A stretch of DNA of 64,000 nt from Clostridia bacterium (GTDB lineage Bacteria; Bacillota; Clostridia; Oscillospirales; CAG-272). Both the position numbers and the translations under genes were made by a program. Location of the stretch: the NCBI GenBank assembly GCA_017937135.1, contig JAGBEE010000020.1, positions 142,296 to 206,295 on the forward strand. Reading direction: 5' to 3'. Position 1 is the stretch's first letter. Each line of letters starts with the position of its first letter. The notes under the pieces are model-generated. The model worked only from the letters and a program-made list of their open reading frames with translations. It did no database searches and was not told the DNA's origin. Shown piece by piece: positions 39,447 to 49,031 of the stretch.

Positions 39447-40556
39447 TTGATTATTGCACTTGAAAATGCTAAATACGAATTGCAAAATTTTCGTGAAAAT
39501 ATAAAGGAGCTCGGTAATGCTTTAAGAATCTCTGTCCTAAAGGATGAGGTTTCTGAGCTTGAAAAAACCACCTTCGAGCCTGATTTTTGGTCCGACCAGG
39601 AAAATTCAACAAAAATTCTTCAAAAAATCAAGCAAATGAAATCAAAAATCGATAGCTATGAAGCTCTTTGTAATAAGCTTGAAGACACAATTATGATGGC
39701 GGAAATGGCCATTGAGGAAAATGATGAGAGCCTAACTGATGAAATTCTCGAAGACCAAAAGACTATTATTAAAGAGGAAGAAAAGCAACGTATTGAGGTT
39801 TTATTATCTGGTGAATACGATAAAAATAATGCTATCATTTCCTTCCACCCCGGTGCCGGTGGTACTGAGGCTCAAGACTGGGCACTTATGCTCTATCGCT
39901 TATATACAAGATGGGGTGAAAAGCACGGCTTTAACGTGAAATTACTTGATTGGCTTGATGGCGAAGAAGCAGGTCTTAAAAGTGCTACTATTTTAATTGA
40001 AGGAATCAATGCATATGGTTACTTAAAGAGTGAAAATGGTGTGCATCGTCTTGTGAGAGTTTCACCATTTGACTCCTCGGGACGTAGACATACATCATTT
40101 GCTTCCGTTGAGGTAATGCCTGAATTTGATGATGATAATTCTATTGAATTAAAGGATGAGGATTTGGAAATTACTGCTCACCGTTCTTCGGGAGCAGGTG
40201 GACAGCACGTAAATAAAACAGACTCAGCTATTAGAATTACACATATTCCTACAGGAATCGTTGTCGGTTGCCAAACAGAAAGAAGCCAGCTTCAAAACAA
40301 GGAAACTGCTCTAAAAATGCTTAAATCAAAGCTAATGGAAATTAAAGAACGCGAAAAGCTTGATAGAATTGAAGATATAAAGGGTAATAAAACTAACATC
40401 GAATGGGGTTCTCAAATACGTTCTTATGTATTTATGCCATATACATTAGTAAAAGACACGCGTACAGGCTATGAGGATGGAAACATTCAAGCTGTTATGG
40501 ACGGTGATATTGACGAATTTATAAATGCTTATCTCAAGGATAATGCCAACAAGTAA
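39447..40556 (+). CDS. prfB: peptide chain release factor 2, single uninterrupted frame (likely TTG start at 39447; ORF opens at ATG 39420)
   Basis: SPF tripeptide (RVSPFDSSGRRHTSF) and GGQ (SGAGGQHVNKTDSA). GGAGGA SD lies 8 nt before TTG 39447, giving MIIALENAKYELQNFRENIKELGNALRIS, the normal RF2 N-terminal length. Confidence 0.92.
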   Translation: MIIALENAKYELQNFRENIKELGNALRISVLKDEVSELEKTTFEPDFWSDQENSTKILQKIKQMKSKIDSYEALCNKLEDTIMMAEMAIEENDESLTDEILEDQKTIIKEEEKQRIEVLLSGEYDKNNAIISFHPGAGGTEAQDWALMLYRLYTRWGEKHGFNVKLLDWLDGEEAGLKSATILIEGINAYGYLKSENGVHRLVRVSPFDSSGRRHTSFASVEVMPEFDDDNSIELKDEDLEITAHRSSGAGGQHVNKTDSAIRITHIPTGIVVGCQTERSQLQNKETALKMLKSKLMEIKEREKLDRIEDIKGNKTNIEWGSQIRSYVFMPYTLVKDTRTGYEDGNIQAVMDGDIDEFINAYLKDNANK

Positions 40557-41331
40557 AATGATAAAAGAAGAAAAACGATTTATTGATTCTACCATTTTTG
40601 AGGGCATGACGTCTATTCGCGCTTTAATAGACAACCTTAAGAATGATAAAAAAAATGCACGAAAAATCAATAAAATACTCTACGATGAGGCTAAAATCAA
40701 AAGCAAAGCTAAGGAAATAAGCTATCTTAAAAAGATGGCAGAATTATATGGCTTTCAAGTGGAACAAGCATCTTTAGATTTTATTGATAGATATACAATC
40801 GGCGCATCGCACGGAGGCTTCATTGCTCTTTGTGAAGAAAGACATTATGAGTCTCTCACAAGTGATGTTATAAAAGAAAATGGCTTTTATGTCATGATAG
40901 AAGGAATTGAGGATCCATATAATTTTGGATATGCTCTACGCTCTATTTATGCCTCAGGTGCTGATGGAATCATATTGAGTGAAAGAAACTGGCTAAGTGC
41001 CGCAGGCGTAGTTTGTCGTTCTTCTGCTGGTGCAAGCGAACGAATAGATGTTTATATTGCTAAAGATGATTTTATTGAAATCTTTAAGAGAAAATCCTAT
41101 AAAATTGTTTGCGCAGATATAAAAAACTCAGTAAGTGTATATGATGCAGACCTTAAAAAACCAATTTTTCTTATTGTAGGTGGTGAAAAAAGAGGAATTT
41201 CTTCTTCATTACTATCAAGGGCAGACCAAATTGTAAGAATCGATTATGGCCGTGAGTTTAATTCTGCTTTATCCGCCGCTTCCGCCTCTACAATTTTAGC
41301 ATTCGAGATTTTTAGAAATAATAAAAAATGA
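40525..41331 (+). CDS. TrmH/SpoU-family RNA 2'-O-methyltransferase (start uncertain: 40525, 40543 or 40558)
   Basis: SPOUT C-terminal motifs: IEDPYNFGYALRS, FLIVGGEKRGIS, NSALSAASASTILAFE. Overlaps the prfB stop. Confidence 0.8.
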   Translation: MLISRIMPTSKMIKEEKRFIDSTIFEGMTSIRALIDNLKNDKKNARKINKILYDEAKIKSKAKEISYLKKMAELYGFQVEQASLDFIDRYTIGASHGGFIALCEERHYESLTSDVIKENGFYVMIEGIEDPYNFGYALRSIYASGADGIILSERNWLSAAGVVCRSSAGASERIDVYIAKDDFIEIFKRKSYKIVCADIKNSVSVYDADLKKPIFLIVGGEKRGISSSLLSRADQIVRIDYGREFNSALSAASASTILAFEIFRNNKK

Positions 41332-41353
41332 GTTTAAGCATACACTTAAACTC
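41330..41353. terminator. bidirectional terminator
   Basis: 9-bp stem gagtttaag/cttaaactc followed by TTTTTATTTTT, between convergent genes. Confidence 0.8.
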
Positions 41354-41363
41354 ATTTTTATTT

Positions 41364-42173
41364 TTAATAATTTATATTTTTCATATAATCAATAGATTTT
41401 TGCGCACTTTCAAGTCTTGATAAACCAAGTGTTGGCTCGTCCTGCTCAGCGACAACCCACTCTGCCCCTGCATCCTTAGCTGCATCGACAATGGACTGAA
41501 TTTCCTGCACACCCATACCAAGTGGTCTAAACTCAAAGCCATCGCTTTTTTCGTCCTTGCTTTCAATTCCGATAAGCTTATACATATTTTCGCTCTTTCT
41601 GCCACTAAAATCCTTCAAATGCACAACCGGTGCTCTGCCGGTATATTTGCGAACATAATCACTTGGATTTTCCCCACCAACATTTACCCAGCAAGTGTCG
41701 ATTTCCGTTTGAAGTAAATCAGAAGAAATGGCATTATACAGGGCATCTAAAACATAATCACCATTTTCTGTCTTTTCAAATTCAAAATCGTGATTGTGAT
41801 ATAAGAGAGATATACCATTATTTTTGCACACCTCACCTATTTTCTTTATACCCTCAACAATCTCTGGATATTTTTCAGTTCCGTATCTTAATTCCTCTGG
41901 AAGATATGGGATTGCTATATATTTACATCCAATTTCCTTATAAGTTCTAACAAGTCCATCAATATCTGACATTAAATCCTGATATGAAACATGCGCAGAA
42001 ATAGGAATTAACCCTGCTTCATCAAACATTTCTTTTACTTCTTTGCCACTCTTACCATATAAACCTGCAAGCTCACCACCATCGTATCCCATTTCCTTTA
42101 CCTTTTTTAGAGTTCCTAAAAAATCTTTTTCCATTTCATCTCTTACTGAATAAAGCTGTAATGCCAATTTCAT
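41364..42173 (-). CDS. sugar-phosphate isomerase/epimerase (xylose-isomerase-like TIM barrel)
   Basis: 269 aa. MKLALQLYSVRDE start, alternating beta/alpha pattern, conserved H/D/E positions typical of the AP_endonuc_2 fold. Specificity unknown. Confidence 0.75.
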   Translation of the reverse strand: MKLALQLYSVRDEMEKDFLGTLKKVKEMGYDGGELAGLYGKSGKEVKEMFDEAGLIPISAHVSYQDLMSDIDGLVRTYKEIGCKYIAIPYLPEELRYGTEKYPEIVEGIKKIGEVCKNNGISLLYHNHDFEFEKTENGDYVLDALYNAISSDLLQTEIDTCWVNVGGENPSDYVRKYTGRAPVVHLKDFSGRKSENMYKLIGIESKDEKSDGFEFRPLGMGVQEIQSIVDAAKDAGAEWVVAEQDEPTLGLSRLESAQKSIDYMKNINY

Positions 42174-42183
42174 AATTTCATCC

Positions 42184-42876
42184 TCACTCGTATATTTGTA
42201 TAAATTTCTCCACTATTTTGATTGATTGTGTTGCAGCTTCTTGTGAAAATGTCGTATAATCCATTTCGGCACCTTCACCATCAGATATTGTGCGAATAAT
42301 TCCAAACGGTATTTTATTTACATAACATACATGACCTATCGAAGCGCCTTCCATTTCACATGCAATTGCTCCAAAAGTTGTTTTTATCTCTTCCTTTTGA
42401 GCTGTTTCTGCAATAAATTTATCACCAGATGCAATAGTCCCTATTTTTCCATTACAGTCAAGACTAATACAAGCACTTTTTAGAGTGTTTTTTATTCTTT
42501 CGTCTGCTTCCATGTAGATGATATTTATGCCGGAAATCATGCCCCTGGGATCTCCTAATGCGCTTGTGTCCATATCATGCTGTACCACTTTATCAGCGAT
42601 AGCTACATCCATGACTGACAAATCCTTAGTAAGAGTTCCAGCAACACCTGAATTTATTATAATTGAAGGATTGTAACGAAGTAACATTGTTTGTGCGCAA
42701 ATTGCTGCAAAAACCTTGCCTATTCCACATTTAGCAATTACAACATCCTTATTTGCAATTTTACCTTTTACAAACCTTATGCCACTTACTACTTCATCGC
42801 TTTTATCTACTGCTAATGATATTAAACCATCAACCTCAATATCCATAGCTCCAATTATACCAATTAAATTACTCAT
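42184..42876 (-). CDS. mtnN: 5'-methylthioadenosine/S-adenosylhomocysteine nucleosidase
   Basis: IGIIGAMDIEV N-terminus, CEMEGASIGHVC and RTISD blocks. Confidence 0.9.
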   Translation of the reverse strand: MSNLIGIIGAMDIEVDGLISLAVDKSDEVVSGIRFVKGKIANKDVVIAKCGIGKVFAAICAQTMLLRYNPSIIINSGVAGTLTKDLSVMDVAIADKVVQHDMDTSALGDPRGMISGINIIYMEADERIKNTLKSACISLDCNGKIGTIASGDKFIAETAQKEEIKTTFGAIACEMEGASIGHVCYVNKIPFGIIRTISDGEGAEMDYTTFSQEAATQSIKIVEKFIQIYE

Positions 42877-43321
42877 ATTTAAATGTAACGACTGCGTTAT
42901 TTAAAATTTTCAAATATCTTTCACTTTCAAGCTTCGCACTCTCCAAGTTAAGATTCCTGTAATTTCCGCATTCCTCTCTTGTATTTCCAAACATATCACC
43001 ATTATGATTTATTATGCTTATAAATACATTTTTCACTATTTGAAGCACTTTTTCTGGCTTCTCATCTCTTACAAGAAGATAAAATCCTGTTTGGCATCCC
43101 ATAGGACCAAAATATATAACGTTTGAACCTATTTCGGAGTTTCTTACATAAGTAGCAAACATATGCTCAAGGGAGTGAATGGTCAAATTATCTATATAAT
43201 CACCCATATTTGGCTTTCGCATTCTCATATCATAGGTTGTTATATCTCCATCAATCCTCGAAATATATATTCCCTCAACGATTTTATCGTGATTTACAGT
43301 AAAGCTTGCTATTTTTCTCAT
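42869..43321 (-). CDS. luxS: S-ribosylhomocysteine lyase
   Basis: HSLEHMFA (HxxEH metal site) and GPMGCQTGFY. The N-terminus aligns with B. subtilis LuxS. Confidence 0.95.
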   Translation of the reverse strand: MRKIASFTVNHDKIVEGIYISRIDGDITTYDMRMRKPNMGDYIDNLTIHSLEHMFATYVRNSEIGSNVIYFGPMGCQTGFYLLVRDEKPEKVLQIVKNVFISIINHNGDMFGNTREECGNYRNLNLESAKLESERYLKILNNAVVTFKYE

Positions 43322-44441
43322 ATTTTAATCCCTTTTGATTTAAATTAACCTTACTTCTATAGCTCTCTACTTCCCAGTTTGCAATAAAATCAACCATATC
43401 AGGCGCCATATGTCTAACACCACCGAAGCTTTGTGCATAAACGGATATCTTCACTGCATCCATCCAGACATCGCTTACGACCAAGCTGTCCTTTTCACTT
43501 TTTCCTATCGCAAACATTCCGATGTTTTTAATAAATATTATTTTTGGTTCGTATTTATTTTCATTTACAAATTTTTTATATTGTCCTGTTATATTATCAA
43601 TACTTTCTAAAAACATAGGTACTGCCTTGCAATATACTATGTGGTCAGGAGACATTGGTCTTGTTAGTATTTCAAAACTATCGTATGAGCTGCAAAGACG
43701 CTCTACTTCCTTGTTTATAGTAAATTTAACATACACGTCTTTTTCATAACATTCTTTGATTTTTGATGCGATTTTTTCTATCTTATTGACATCAAAGTCT
43801 ATTTTTTGCAAATCGGGCAATGTTGTTATCGACTTTTTAAATTTATCCATTACCTCGTCTACAAGGATATCCATTTGCATAGCATTGTCAGCAGCAAAAA
43901 ATACGCCATGATTTTGTAAGAATAACAGATTTGCCCTTGTGTTTGTTCTCTTCTCGTATTCGCCTATTCTTTCCCGACACTTCACCGCAAGTGTATATCC
44001 TGGCTCTGTCTCCTCAACCCATATGGCATTAGGGAACATTTTTTCCATTGTATCCTTGCCACCGTTTGAGCAAGTAAGTCCATTCACCATCGTTGGATGA
44101 ACATGAAGAACATATGGTTGAATAAAAAGATTATGTAAAAGCGTTTCTACCGATGGACGTTTTGCTTCTTCTCCCTTACATTTCGCACCCATCATATCAG
44201 CAAGAACCTCCGCCTCTCTTTTATCCTGCTCTTTTGAATAGGTTTTTTCCCAGATTTTATCAAGACTTTTTCTTGACATTTTCACAAAGCCATTGTTCTC
44301 AATTGTAGCTAATGAAGTTCCTGAGCCTTTAATATAAAGAAAATGTTCATCCTTATATGAGGTATTTCCTCCACCTGCCAAAACATAATTTGGATTACTT
44401 CCGTACTTATGTGAAATTTCTCTTATTATATCAAGTCCCAT
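43284..44441 (-). CDS. class II aldolase/adducin-fold protein, long form (385 aa)
   Basis: VLAGGGNTSYKD...IKGSGTSL...HVHPT pattern, as in the N-terminal half of bifunctional rhamnulose-1-P aldolase/dehydrogenases. Its last 38 nt overlap luxS. Confidence 0.65.
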   Translation of the reverse strand: MGLDIIREISHKYGSNPNYVLAGGGNTSYKDEHFLYIKGSGTSLATIENNGFVKMSRKSLDKIWEKTYSKEQDKREAEVLADMMGAKCKGEEAKRPSVETLLHNLFIQPYVLHVHPTMVNGLTCSNGGKDTMEKMFPNAIWVEETEPGYTLAVKCRERIGEYEKRTNTRANLLFLQNHGVFFAADNAMQMDILVDEVMDKFKKSITTLPDLQKIDFDVNKIEKIASKIKECYEKDVYVKFTINKEVERLCSSYDSFEILTRPMSPDHIVYCKAVPMFLESIDNITGQYKKFVNENKYEPKIIFIKNIGMFAIGKSEKDSLVVSDVWMDAVKISVYAQSFGGVRHMAPDMVDFIANWEVESYRSKVNLNQKGLKYEKNSKLYCKSR

Positions 44442-44493
44442 AATTGCTCCTATTTACCTAAAAGAAAATTTAAAGTATTTTGATATTTCAATT

Positions 44494-45612
44494 TTAGTTC
44501 TTCTGCTTTTTTGAATCAAACGTTTTCTTCTTGATTGCTCTTAAAATAATATTTTTCGGGGTATCCTCAGGATCGATAAGTTCAAGCGCATCAACCTTAT
44601 ATCCCTCGCCTTCAAGCTTCATAAGCCTTAAAGCATCAGTCATTGCATCGCACATCTTTTGCTTTAGCATAGAATGCTTTGATACAAAAGAAAGAGCCTC
44701 GCAATTCAGCGTGTGATTTAATTCATGATGACAACATGGGGTAGATAAAATTACGTCTGCTCCATTTTGACTAGCCTTATTTAATACAATGTCAGTCGCT
44801 ATGTCACAAGCGTGTAAAGATATAACAAGATGTGGCTTGTCTATCATTTTATACTCATTGATATCTCCACAAACAAATTGCATTTCATCAAAGCCTATTC
44901 TGTTGGCGACACCTGTACAGTATTCTATCACATCGGCTTTTAAATCAACACACACCATCTTAACGTTCATTTTAAGAACATTTTTAAAATAGTGATATAC
45001 TGCAAAGCTTAAGTAGCTTTTGCCACAGCACAAATCATAAATATTTATTGTATTTGTCGGCAACTTATCTTTAATTGCCTCAATATGCTCAATAAATTTA
45101 TTTATTTGCCTAAACTTTGATTGCATTTTATCGCGAACTCTTCCAGTTTCATCGCTTACTCCAAGCTTTTTTAAAAAGTCCTCGTTTCCCGACAATATAT
45201 AATTTTTTATTTTATTATTACCATTGGTATTTATAGTTTCTATTTCATCAGATTGAAGCATTTTTCTTAAGCTGTTATCACCTATCAGCTTTTCGTTTCC
45301 ACTTTTTGCACACATATATTGACAATCACCAACAGTAGTAATTACGTTAATTTGTGAATAATTCCTAAAAATGCGAAGCAGTTCTTTTTTGAAATTTTCG
45401 CGAATATTTCTATGGTATGCCTTGTTATCCTTTGAAAAGGTTTCTAATTGCAACACTATGTTAGATGTAATCATTTTTGAAGTAATTACACTCTTTATTT
45501 CATCAACAGCATGAGGCTTTGACAAGATAATCTTTTTTAAAGCTTTTTTATTAAATGCAATAACTACCAAATCTGACAAGTGTTCAAGTGCTTCACTTTT
45601 AACGTTTTTCAT
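44494..45612 (-). CDS. class I SAM-dependent methyltransferase of unknown target
   Basis: YDLCCGKSYLSF (motif I), VCVDLK, LHACDIATD, STPCCHHE. Confidence 0.65.
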   Translation of the reverse strand: MKNVKSEALEHLSDLVVIAFNKKALKKIILSKPHAVDEIKSVITSKMITSNIVLQLETFSKDNKAYHRNIRENFKKELLRIFRNYSQINVITTVGDCQYMCAKSGNEKLIGDNSLRKMLQSDEIETINTNGNNKIKNYILSGNEDFLKKLGVSDETGRVRDKMQSKFRQINKFIEHIEAIKDKLPTNTINIYDLCCGKSYLSFAVYHYFKNVLKMNVKMVCVDLKADVIEYCTGVANRIGFDEMQFVCGDINEYKMIDKPHLVISLHACDIATDIVLNKASQNGADVILSTPCCHHELNHTLNCEALSFVSKHSMLKQKMCDAMTDALRLMKLEGEGYKVDALELIDPEDTPKNIILRAIKKKTFDSKKQKN

Positions 45613-46318
45613 TATCCTTGTCCTTTTTCTTACCTAAAGAAAACTTGTGCTCTTCGTGATTGAATATACGAACAATATTCTTTCTATGCAAGAATATAAC
45701 CAATATAGCTGCTAAAAATGCATAAAAGACATGTCCAAGAACGGATTGGTCTTCAAAGAAAATTGTTCTTAACAAATATAACACAAATGGATATACTATT
45801 GCACACATTACCGATGCAAATGAAATCATTCTAAAGCATAATGCAAGAATAACGAACAAAAGTATTAATATAAGAAATACATCCCAAGTCATCACAAGTA
45901 CTAGCGCAGCTAAGCATGCTACCCCCTTGCCACCCTTAAACTTAAAGTAAATAGGGAAAGCATGTCCTATCATACAACAAATACCTGCGATATAAGCGCC
46001 AGTTGTACCAAGGAGTGCCATACCTGCATATGTTGAAATTGCAGATTTTAAAAAGTCTCCAAAAAAAGTAATAATACCTGCTTTTTTTCCAAAAACTCTT
46101 GTCATATTGGTAGCGCCAGCGTTTCCACTACCCTCGCTTCTTACGTCTTTACCATAAATTTTTGATAAAATTAAGCTAATATTTATACTTCCTATCAAAT
46201 ATCCAATCAAAGCACAAGAAAGAATAAATATTACTGTAAAAAGCGTGTTGTGAGCCATTAAGGTGTCTCTAAAATAATAACTAAAAACGCCTTGGCTATA
46301 AAAAATATCATATGTCAT
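45599..46318 (-). CDS. plsY: acyl-phosphate:glycerol-3-phosphate acyltransferase (alternative start ATG 46258)
   Basis: GSGNAGATN motif and 5-6 TM helices. The ATG at 46318 forms an ATGA overlap with the der stop. Confidence 0.92.
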   Translation of the reverse strand: MTYDIFYSQGVFSYYFRDTLMAHNTLFTVIFILSCALIGYLIGSINISLILSKIYGKDVRSEGSGNAGATNMTRVFGKKAGIITFFGDFLKSAISTYAGMALLGTTGAYIAGICCMIGHAFPIYFKFKGGKGVACLAALVLVMTWDVFLILILLFVILALCFRMISFASVMCAIVYPFVLYLLRTIFFEDQSVLGHVFYAFLAAILVIFLHRKNIVRIFNHEEHKFSLGKKKDKDNEKR

Positions 46319-47655
46319 ATTTTTGTTTCATCCTCCTCGGAACGTTGTCTTATTACAAGCTTTATAGGTGTCCCTTTGAAGCCAAAGGTATCTCTCAAGC
46401 AATTTTCAATATATCGTTGATATGAAAAATGGAATAATGCCGCACTATTGCAAAAAAGCACAAAGGTAGGGGGTGCTACACTTGTTTGAGTCATATAATA
46501 AACCTTCAGCCTTCTTCCCTTATCTGATGGTGGCTGCACTCTTGTGATAGCATCATTTAATACATCATTAAGCATACCTGTAGATATTCTCATTTTTGAC
46601 TGATTAAAAACATAATTTATATGCTCAAAAAGCTTAACTATGCGTTGTCCTGTAAGTGCAGAAACATAAATAATTGGAGCATAGGTAAGATATGAAAGCG
46701 CGTCATATACCTTTTTGGAATAATTAACGGTATTTTTATCCTCCGTATCTGGCAAATCCCATTTATTTACAACGATTATTACAGCCTTACCAGCCTCATG
46801 AGCTATGCCTGCTATTTTTTCGTCTTGCTCGGTCACACCCTCAGTGGCATCTATTACAAGCAAGCATACATCTGCTCTTTCAACTGCCATATGGGCTCTT
46901 AAAACGCTAAATTTCTCAATTCTATCATCAACCTTACTTTGACGTCTAATTCCTGCAGTGTCAATAAAATTATACTTTCCATATTCATTTTCAAAGCGTG
47001 TATCTATAGCATCTCTTGTTGTTCCAGCCATAGAGGAAACTATTAAGCGATCTGTGCCAAGAATTTTGTTAATTATCGAGGACTTACCTGCGTTAGGCTT
47101 ACCAATAACGCAAACATTTATCAAGTCCTCTTCTTCATCCTCTTCATCGGTTACAGGAACACACTCTAACGCTGCATCTAAAAGATCCGCACTACCTGTA
47201 CCATGAATGGACGAAACAGCTATTGGATCCTTTTCAAAGCCGAACTCGTAAAATTCATAAAATGTAGGGTCGACTTCACCTATCTTGTCCGACTTGTTTA
47301 CACAAACAACAACGGGCTTTCCACTTTTTTTAAGCATTATTGCTATATCTCTATCATCAGCAACAAGTCCTGTTCTTATATCACACATAAATATGATAAC
47401 ATCTGCTGTTTCAATTGCAATTTGCGCTTGCTCTCTCATTTTTTGAAGAATCATATTATCTGTTTTTGGCTCAATACCACCCGTGTCTATTAAAATAAAT
47501 TTGCGTCCACACCATTCACTTTCTCCATAAATCCTATCACGAGTAACGCCAGGGGTGTCCTCAACTATCGAACGTCTTTCGCCTATTATCTTATTAAATA
47601 GTGTGCTTTTACCAACATTTGGCCTTCCCACTATTGCAATTACCGGTTTTGCCAT
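46315..47655 (-). CDS. der: ribosome-assembly GTPase Der/EngA
   Basis: Two G domains (GRPNVGKST, GKPNAGKSS) plus a KH-like C-terminus. Confidence 0.95.
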   Translation of the reverse strand: MAKPVIAIVGRPNVGKSTLFNKIIGERRSIVEDTPGVTRDRIYGESEWCGRKFILIDTGGIEPKTDNMILQKMREQAQIAIETADVIIFMCDIRTGLVADDRDIAIMLKKSGKPVVVCVNKSDKIGEVDPTFYEFYEFGFEKDPIAVSSIHGTGSADLLDAALECVPVTDEEDEEEDLINVCVIGKPNAGKSSIINKILGTDRLIVSSMAGTTRDAIDTRFENEYGKYNFIDTAGIRRQSKVDDRIEKFSVLRAHMAVERADVCLLVIDATEGVTEQDEKIAGIAHEAGKAVIIVVNKWDLPDTEDKNTVNYSKKVYDALSYLTYAPIIYVSALTGQRIVKLFEHINYVFNQSKMRISTGMLNDVLNDAITRVQPPSDKGRRLKVYYMTQTSVAPPTFVLFCNSAALFHFSYQRYIENCLRDTFGFKGTPIKLVIRQRSEEDETKI

Positions 47656-48969
47656 TTATACCTCCTCAATTCCGAGCACAGCCTCTACGAAGCTTGCTCC
47701 GTCCTGCGAAACAGGTGTAACACATACACCAAGCCTATTTGCTAATTCCTCGAGAGAAGTTCCACAAAGAAACAAATCACCCTCGCTTCTTAGCATACTT
47801 CTTGAAATTAATAATTCCTCTCCCAATTCCTTTTCTTTTAATTCTTTCATTAAATCTATGCCTGTTATAAGACCTGATACAGTTATTGTTTTTCCAAAAA
47901 AGTCATTTTCAATTTTATATATATTACATTTTATGTTATTACATTTGCTTTTTATTTTTGCAATCATTTTACATATAAAATCATATGCACTAACTCCTGT
48001 TGCAATACTTACATTACGTTTTATGTTGCGCTCATCTAAAGAAAGAGTTTTTAAAAATGCATCAACCTCACATTCAAACGAGCGCAGCATTCCAACACCA
48101 TTTTCTATTTGACTGTACTCCTCGTAATATTCATCACAAGGTATCTCTCTTTCTGCTGTTAAATAAAATTCATCAGAACAGAAGAAAAGATTTTTTCCAA
48201 GCTTTTCACTATAAGTAGAATTTATCTTTTCAACAGTATTTATTACATTTGTTGCCGACTCTTTATCAAACGGAATGAGAGGATATAGCTTTTCCCTGAA
48301 TTTTGTCAATCCAGAAGGAACCACTGCTACACTGCCAAGCTGTGGATATAGCTTAGCCAAATCATTAAGTGTATTTTCAAGCTCTTTTCCATCGTTTATA
48401 TTACGACACAATACTATTTGGGCATTTATTTCAATGCCACCATTTGCAAGCATATCAAGATATTCAAGTGTCTTTCCTGCCTTTTTGTTGTGCATCATTT
48501 GACACCTAAGAACAGGGTTTGTAGTATGTACGGATACATTTACAGGTGATATGTGCATTTTTATAATTCTTTCAATATCTTCCTTGTCAAGATTGGTAAG
48601 TGTTATATAGTTCCCGTGTAAAAACGATAAACGAGAATCATCATCTTTAAAATATAGTGTTTGTCTTAAGCCCTTTGGAAGCTGATCAATAAAACAGAAA
48701 ATACACTTGTTTTCACATCGGTGCTTTTTATCCATAAGTGGGGTTTCAAATTCAAGCCCTATGTCCTCATATTGCTCTTTTACTATTTTAAAGGAAATTT
48801 GTTTTCCTTCTCTTTCTACAGTAATTTTAACCTCTTCCTCTGTTAAATAAAATCTATAATCTAAAACATCTTTTATTTCGTTACCATTTATACTAATCAA
48901 TATATCATTTTTTGTTATTCCACATAAATGTGCTAAGGACTTATCACTTACACTTTCAATTCTTACCAT
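47656..48969 (-). CDS. PDZ plus radical-SAM-like protein (DUF512 type)
   Basis: N-terminal PDZ-like segment and a CENKCIFC (CX3CX2C) cluster motif. Its stop codon abuts the der ATG (47655) with no gap. Confidence 0.7.
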   Translation of the reverse strand: MVRIESVSDKSLAHLCGITKNDILISINGNEIKDVLDYRFYLTEEEVKITVEREGKQISFKIVKEQYEDIGLEFETPLMDKKHRCENKCIFCFIDQLPKGLRQTLYFKDDDSRLSFLHGNYITLTNLDKEDIERIIKMHISPVNVSVHTTNPVLRCQMMHNKKAGKTLEYLDMLANGGIEINAQIVLCRNINDGKELENTLNDLAKLYPQLGSVAVVPSGLTKFREKLYPLIPFDKESATNVINTVEKINSTYSEKLGKNLFFCSDEFYLTAEREIPCDEYYEEYSQIENGVGMLRSFECEVDAFLKTLSLDERNIKRNVSIATGVSAYDFICKMIAKIKSKCNNIKCNIYKIENDFFGKTITVSGLITGIDLMKELKEKELGEELLISRSMLRSEGDLFLCGTSLEELANRLGVCVTPVSQDGASFVEAVLGIEEV

Positions 48970-49002
48970 TTTAATCTCCTGCGCATACTACTTCTATTTT
49001 AT

Positions 49003-49031
49003 ATTATATAATATAATATTATAATTGTCAA
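49003..49031 (-). promoter_or_regulatory. sigma-A promoter for the DUF512-der operon, with its -35 overlapping the sigK stop
   Basis: Minus strand: TTGACA (49031-49026), 17 nt, TATAAT (49008-49003). Confidence 0.5.

Noticed and set aside
39433-39463. GGAGGA-TAT-TTC-TCT-TGA at 39433-39450 superficially mimics the RF2 frameshift cassette (SD-like element, spacer, CUU UGA). There is also an 18-codon upstream ORF, MMKLNEQNLEDISLDYCT, ending in ACT TGA at 39461-39463.
   Set aside because: The TGA at 39448 lies in a frame from which a +1 shift does not reach the RF2 frame. The ACT-TGA site has no slippery CUU/UUU re-pairing and no SD-like stimulator. The main frame already encodes a full-length RF2 N-terminus. 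The GGAGGA is better explained as the SD for TTG 39447.
47555-48112. Long antisense or alternative-frame ORFs: 47555-48112 (185 aa), 52187-52639 (150 aa), 60411-60866 (151 aa), 24481-24912 (143 aa), 34510-34941 (143 aa), 32837-33241 (134 aa), 9953-10330 (125 aa), 22569-22949 (126 aa).
   Set aside because: Each lies entirely inside a well-supported conserved gene on the other strand or in another frame. They have low-complexity Ser/Leu/Ile/Phe-rich composition and no SD or promoter. They are shadow ORFs typical of AT-rich genomes.
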